DNA of 31,035 nt. It comes from Pseudomonadota bacterium. Its GTDB lineage: Bacteria > UBA10199 > 2-02-FULL-44-16 > JAAZCA01. Location: contig JBDRBN010000123.1 of assembly GCA_043822785.1 (NCBI GenBank), positions 1 through 31,035 on the forward strand, written 5' to 3'. This document shows positions 26,698-31,035 of this stretch, piece after piece (the stretch's first letter is position 1; each line of letters opens with the position of its first letter). Made by a program: the position numbers and the translations under genes. The notes below the pieces were generated by a model. It made no database searches and had not been told where the DNA came from. It saw only the letters and a program-made list of their open reading frames with translations.

Positions 26698-27246
26698 TCA
26701 AGAGAGCAGTGTCTTAAAGTCTGACGCGTCTTTCGGATATAGGCGCTCTGCAATGATGAGGGCGGAGAGCAAGACTTCGCGAGGATTGCCTATGTAGTAC
26801 AAAAGCATGTCCTCTACTATTTGCTTAAAATTTTCGTAAGGAAGACTTGTCTTTGCAATAATGGCTTCAATATCGTCGGCGTCCTGTTTGCGGAATCGTT
26901 CGAGCTTAAGCCGGATGAGATCCATGGGAGTTACAGAGCTCACAACGAGCGCCTTGCCGTTAAAAACAGTTACGGTTTCCGCATAGTCAAAATCAACAGT
27001 AGATGAAACGGTGATGATATCGACTGGAATGGATTTTTTGCGACACAGTTTTTGAAACTCTGCAGCATCATCCACGTTTGCGATATCGATATCCAGTGTT
27101 GCTCGATCCCTAAGGCCAAGCAGAATAATGGAGGCTCCACCGAGGACAGTGATTTGCATAGTCCTTTTCTCAGAGCAAAGTTGCTTATCGATCTGCGTGA
27201 AGATGCGCAGCAGTTCATCGCGCGTTGCCGGGATATTGTGCTTCAT
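26698..27246 (-). CDS. DUF6036/AbiEii-like Pol-beta nucleotidyltransferase
   Basis: LGGAS...RATLDIDI catalytic motif and KL...R.QD..DI C-terminal motif. Confidence 0.82.
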   Translation of the reverse strand: MKHNIPATRDELLRIFTQIDKQLCSEKRTMQITVLGGASIILLGLRDRATLDIDIANVDDAAEFQKLCRKKSIPVDIITVSSTVDFDYAETVTVFNGKALVVSSVTPMDLIRLKLERFRKQDADDIEAIIAKTSLPYENFKQIVEDMLLYYIGNPREVLLSALIIAERLYPKDASDFKTLLS

Positions 27247-27665
27247 GCAGCCTTCTTTCTGCGTGAGCGCGGGGTTACTCGTTCGCTGTAGAACCTGAGT
27301 TTCGCAAGCTCAAGCTGTGCAGGCACCACCGGTTGCGCAAGCTGCCAGTCGCCAAGAAGCATGAAATCGTCTGCTTCTGGCGCGTGCTCGTCAAGGAAAC
27401 GAACATCTTCGGCTGCCAGGGCAAAACCACGATCAAGAAGTGCCCGAAGCCTTAGCTCTTCAAGGATAATGCGGCGGTATTGTTCGATGATAGGAAGCGC
27501 AATTTCAGTCAACTCATAGAACACGCGTCCTTGTTTACGGCTTTTTTTAACCAGACCTGCACGAAGGAGTTTTTTGAGTACAGCAAGGTCGTTTTTGACC
27601 TCTTCACGATGAAGCACGCCAAACCGCATAAAACGGGCAAGAATCTTTTGTTTTTTAGCCTTCAT
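27243..27665 (-). CDS. Winged-helix-containing hypothetical protein, translationally coupled to the nucleotidyltransferase
   Basis: LKKLLRAGLVKK...GRVFYELT wing motif; ATGA overlap with the downstream gene; own promoter. Confidence 0.8.
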   Translation of the reverse strand: MKAKKQKILARFMRFGVLHREEVKNDLAVLKKLLRAGLVKKSRKQGRVFYELTEIALPIIEQYRRIILEELRLRALLDRGFALAAEDVRFLDEHAPEADDFMLLGDWQLAQPVVPAQLELAKLRFYSERVTPRSRRKKAA

Positions 27666-27673
27666 AACTATAT

Positions 27674-27702
27674 ATTATATATAGCATTATGGGATAAGTC
27701 AA
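27674..27702 (-). promoter_or_regulatory. Near-consensus sigma70 promoter TTGACT-N17-TATAAT, leaderless or very short leader
   Basis: -10 ends 8 nt before ATG 27665; no RBS. Confidence 0.75.
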
Positions 27703-27787
27703 CTTAATAAAGTTGAGTTATACATAGGAGAAAAGAAGGTGCTGTGTAAACGGTGCTACACGTTTCATGCTGTTCATTGCGTAACAT

Positions 27788-29125
27788 TCAAACGAGCACG
27801 TATCTTGTGACTCTACCCCTTCCCGTCTTTTTGATGAGACCCTTTTCCATAAGCACGGCGAGCTCGCTTAGTGTTGTATCAGCCCCAACGCCAATGACCT
27901 CTTGGCACTCTCTCTTTGAAACGATCCTCCTTTGGGAGATGAAAGCATACAGCGTTTTCTGACGGTCGGTGAGTTGTTCCCCGGTCAAACCCTTTGGGCG
28001 GATGAGAAATTTTACAGAAAAGAAATTTGTTGCAGAAATGTCCGGCGATGGATTGTTGTTGTCGCTCAATGCTTTCCTCATACGCATAATTCCTGTTCCT
28101 GCATTCTCGATAAATCCTGCCCTTTGCATGAGATCGGCCAGCATGCGATTTCGCCTTGCCGCCTTTGATCCCAGTTCTTCCAATGTCAGCCCTCTGATTA
28201 AGCCTCCTGGATTGTCGATTTCCATATGGTTATCGTAGATGTGCATGTAGATATGCGATGAATCATAGAAATAATCTCTGTGAACGAGGGCGTTGATCAC
28301 AGCTTCCCGAACTGCCACTGTGGGGTAGTCTTCCCATTCCTCATGTCTTGGCGCCCCCGTGATCTTGATCTGTCTCGCATTGTAACGGTTGAAAAATGCC
28401 ATGGCGTCGTCTAGCTGTGTAAGAATTGTACCTCTAAAGTCTCGCTGATCTGTGATATCGTAGCGGGATTCACCTCGATACTTGACGCAAGTAATTTTGG
28501 CTTCGGGGTGAAAGAACTGTGGGTCTCTTGCAAAAAAAAGAATTGCAGCATTAGTGAGAAGGAGTTTTTGCTCCTGATGTGATGCTACGCCTATATTGAC
28601 GAGAACATCTTCGGCCTTCATCGTTGAGGGATAACCAGCGAGCCCCTTAAAATTATTCCAGGCGTTGGGATCGAAGTCCCGTGGGAACACAAAGTCTTCA
28701 TTCACAAGTTCGTCAAAGCGTATTTTACCCGCATGATGGATCAGAGAGACCACCTCATCGCGTGTCAATTTTTGGGAATTAGGTCCGATGCGCAGAAAGA
28801 AACCTTCTTTGCATCGATATGGCTTATCAGGTCCCTCCGGGACATCGATGATGATGATATGTGACGGATCGCTTAAGACTTTTACTTTAATGGGAGGGTC
28901 GCAGTTTCGCGCCATGTCGATGATCTGACTTCGAAGACGCTTGGTAAGCGTTGCGGGACTTAAGTGGCCATTATCTGTTATGCCTATAAAGATATGGCCG
29001 CCATTGGCATTAGCAAATGCGACCATATCAGATGCCAGCGCCGAGGCGCTTTCTTTAAACTCAATCTTTTGACCTTCACCTTCGTTTATCAAAACTTGGA
29101 GAGAGAGGCCCTTTGTGGCACACAT
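27788..29125 (-). CDS. Schlafen/AlbA_2 domain + HATPase_c_4 + C-terminal wHTH protein
   Basis: GE..KIEFK, AFANANGG.IFIG..D.G, REAVINALVHRDY, NPGG, RN..LA and E..GTGI motifs; terminal KG.I.K.G.GR.T.Y. Confidence 0.92.
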   Translation of the reverse strand: MCATKGLSLQVLINEGEGQKIEFKESASALASDMVAFANANGGHIFIGITDNGHLSPATLTKRLRSQIIDMARNCDPPIKVKVLSDPSHIIIIDVPEGPDKPYRCKEGFFLRIGPNSQKLTRDEVVSLIHHAGKIRFDELVNEDFVFPRDFDPNAWNNFKGLAGYPSTMKAEDVLVNIGVASHQEQKLLLTNAAILFFARDPQFFHPEAKITCVKYRGESRYDITDQRDFRGTILTQLDDAMAFFNRYNARQIKITGAPRHEEWEDYPTVAVREAVINALVHRDYFYDSSHIYMHIYDNHMEIDNPGGLIRGLTLEELGSKAARRNRMLADLMQRAGFIENAGTGIMRMRKALSDNNNPSPDISATNFFSVKFLIRPKGLTGEQLTDRQKTLYAFISQRRIVSKRECQEVIGVGADTTLSELAVLMEKGLIKKTGRGRVTRYVLV

Positions 29126-29162
29126 GGATCCAGGGTGCTGGAGCTATAAACGAAAGTCAATA

Positions 29163-29201
29163 AATATTCGTCGAATATTCGACGAATATTCGACGAATAT
29201 T
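29163..29201. repeat. 11-bp-period AATATT array containing a perfect 28-bp palindrome
   Basis: aatattcgtcg aatattcgacg aatattcgacg aatatt; 29163-29190 is self-complementary. Confidence 0.95.
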
Positions 29202-29328
29202 GTGAGAATACGAAGCTTTAACAAAAACAAAAAGACAGATAAAAATCACAAAATTACCAACTATATGTTTTTGTGATCACACAACCTGTTGATATATATA
29301 CAAAATTAAATTTTTATTCAAAAAGTGC

Positions 29329-29357
29329 GCAACCAAAAAAAAAAAAAACGACGATAA
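29329..29357 (+). promoter_or_regulatory. Sigma28-like promoter variant GCAAC-N16-GACGATAA with an A14 run as spacer
   Basis: Same flanks as the three N14 copies; spacer is C-A14-C. Confidence 0.5.
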
Positions 29358-29431
29358 TAGGGTATGAGCACGATGTTGATCCTCAATGTCCATAAACAGT
29401 AGGGGCGGCAAGGGCGGGGCAGGAGGATAAA

Positions 29432-29980
29432 ATGGCTGACAATGAAATGGCTGTTAAGGCTAGTGTAATTCCGGTTGCGTACTTAGTAAGTCATCAATTC
29501 GAAAATTTTAGTGAGCCAGCTTGTTATGATATGGAATTAGCTGGGCCTGGGCTAAGTGTAGGAGCTGAAAGTCTTTTTCTACCCATTCTTGGTTCTGTGG
29601 TTGGTGTTGATGTTCAAACTAGCATGTTTCCTATCACTACGAAATACGGCGCGCGAACAATGGGTCTAGAAGAGATGAACGGTTTAGTATGGAATTTTTC
29701 AGCCGGCATGAGGTTTAATCGACTGCTGGTTGAGTTTGATGGTGGATCTATTCTTGGTTTTTCTGGTGCCCTTGGTCTTGGGGGCTCCTCTCTGATGTTA
29801 GATGGAGAATCCAATTCACTAAACGAGATGGGTATGTCCGTTTTTGGGAATAATAGAGTTAGTTACGGAGTGGACTGGATCGAAGGGTTCGTTGGTGCTA
29901 ATGCGTTGTGGACTTTTGCAGGTGATGACAATTTTGGTGGAACAATCTATCCCGACGTTGGTGTGCGTTTTTCGTTTTAG
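29432..29980 (+). CDS. Hypothetical beta-strand-rich protein, outer-membrane beta-barrel-like
   Basis: AGGAGG RBS; alternating Gly/hydrophobic strands; C-terminal VGVRFSF; followed by a terminator. Confidence 0.75.
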   Translation: MADNEMAVKASVIPVAYLVSHQFENFSEPACYDMELAGPGLSVGAESLFLPILGSVVGVDVQTSMFPITTKYGARTMGLEEMNGLVWNFSAGMRFNRLLVEFDGGSILGFSGALGLGGSSLMLDGESNSLNEMGMSVFGNNRVSYGVDWIEGFVGANALWTFAGDDNFGGTIYPDVGVRFSF

Positions 29981-30003
29981 TTGTTATTACAGATAATAGA
30001 TTC

Positions 30004-30044
30004 AAAGGCCGATGGGCTTGATTCAGCATCGGCCTTATTTTTTT
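30004..30044 (+). terminator. Intrinsic terminator
   Basis: aaggccgatg/catcggcctt stem followed by a T tract. Confidence 0.85.
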
Positions 30045-30099
30045 GTATAGCTTGCCTTTGATGTGTCTGATTCCCAGATCTTGATATGAATGAATAGTG

Positions 30100-30864
30100 C
30101 TACTTCAGCTTGCCAGCCCAAACGTCAAAGCGCCGCATTGCTTCGCGGTAACATACAGGCTTGTCATTTTTTTTATCTGCCATCTGGATAATTTTTCTTG
30201 TAAAATCAGAACGCTGGGGGATTTCGTTTGCCGATTGCTTTGTCTTTTTTAGTTTACTCTTCATGCCGTTCCTCTCGTAAAAACGTTCTCTTATTAGCAG
30301 AGCATAAGTAAAGCAAAACTCCTCTTCCCAAATCATTTTTCTCGAATATATATCAGAAAGAATTATCGGGAACGGAGCATCATTGTTTCGAACCTGCTCC
30401 CATTGTAAGCGCGTTTTCCGTTTTAATGTTTTAATGAATACTACATGTCCCACCTCATGCCAAATCGTTTCTAAATGAACCCCATGCCTTATCTCACTTT
30501 CAGTAAATGCATATATCAAGATTGTATCACTGGCTTCGTCATAATGGGCATCAATGGCGCGTCCTTGTCCATCTGCCATTTGATGTGCCAACAATTGAAA
30601 TTTTCCTTCCACTAACTTTCTGTGATTAAAGGGAATGTAAGAAAGGGCTTCTTTTAGTTGTTTTCCTGTTATTGCTCTATATTTAGTCCTATTCTTCACG
30701 TTAATGGAATATGTTGTTATCTTCGGGAAGACAATGCTTATATTTTTTCTGTTGTAAGCGTAATTATGTGAATAACAACCATAAATTACGGTAAATATGA
30801 GAATTAAAAATAGGCGAAAACTCAGGCAAGATCCATAAAACTGCGTAACCAGTTGATATTTCAC
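30100..30864 (-). CDS. Putative exported HEXXH zincin-like metallopeptidase
   Basis: WHEVGH with downstream EEEFC; hydrophobic segment ending IYGC; start uncertain; AT-rich. Confidence 0.7.
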   Translation of the reverse strand: MKYQLVTQFYGSCLSFRLFLILIFTVIYGCYSHNYAYNRKNISIVFPKITTYSINVKNRTKYRAITGKQLKEALSYIPFNHRKLVEGKFQLLAHQMADGQGRAIDAHYDEASDTILIYAFTESEIRHGVHLETIWHEVGHVVFIKTLKRKTRLQWEQVRNNDAPFPIILSDIYSRKMIWEEEFCFTYALLIRERFYERNGMKSKLKKTKQSANEIPQRSDFTRKIIQMADKKNDKPVCYREAMRRFDVWAGKLK

Positions 30865-30975
30865 ATGAAATTGATTTTTGTAAAAAAAGTGCGCAACTCA
30901 GTAGTGTCCGGTTTAAAGTAGTTGAAATGCCAATTGATTCTGAACGTTCGGCGGTTTGAAGCGTGCGAATTTGCG

Positions 30976-31035
30976 ATGGAGAAGATCGCCGAGCGACAAT
31001 TTTCGAAAGAGGTTCATCTGCACAAGCCTCGTTAT
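30976..31035 (+). CDS. Possible 5' end of a CDS running off the window (MEKIAERQFSKEVHLHKPRY...)
   Basis: 20 open codons from ATG to the window end; no clear RBS. Confidence 0.25.
   Translation, partial: MEKIAERQFSKEVHLHKPRY

Noticed and set aside
26575..26700. TGA readthrough or selenocysteine extension of the NTase into the orphan remnant
   Set aside because: The remnant is in frame with the stop at 26698-26700, but this has a 1-in-3 chance, no SECIS-like hairpin is evident and the NTase looks complete
29163..29201. CRISPR array
   Set aside because: 11-bp contiguous units with no unique spacers and no cas genes
25460..31035. Prophage, IS element or integron
   Set aside because: No integrase, transposase, phage structural genes, terminal inverted repeats or attC-like sites recognised

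Overview
Chromosomal window from a mid-GC bacterium; gene content suggests a deltaproteobacteria-like lineage (inference only). The housekeeping backbone includes dtd, a YitJ-type homocysteine methyltransferase/MTHFR fusion, greA with a leader terminator, a TatT-containing TRAP (TPAT) transporter, B12-dependent nrdJ with tandem NrdR boxes and DnaA boxes, thyX, a small Nfu protein and two divergent DUF882/YcbK peptidases. Orphan secreted or lipoprotein genes are interspersed. The main oddities are five. (1) Two accessory blocks are each bracketed by ~55-bp diverged direct repeats that are copies of a coding 3' region: 2008-2062 vs 3284-3338 around a laminin-EGF lipoprotein gene, and 26611-26664 vs 30103-30156 around a defence-like cluster. 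(2) That cluster holds a wHTH + DUF6036/AbiEii-like nucleotidyltransferase pair and a Schlafen/AlbA_2-HATPase-HTH gene; an N-truncated AAA_14 ATPase lies just outside its left repeat. (3) A recurrent sigma28-like promoter motif G(C/A)AAC-N14-GCCGATA occurs three times, plus a variant whose spacer is an A14 run. (4) A TrxR-fold flavoprotein lacks its CXXC. (5) Several families of intergenic palindromic, 7-mer and 9-mer repeats are present. No rRNA, tRNA, CRISPR array, integrase or transposase was recognised. All family assignments come from motif recognition by eye, not database searches.
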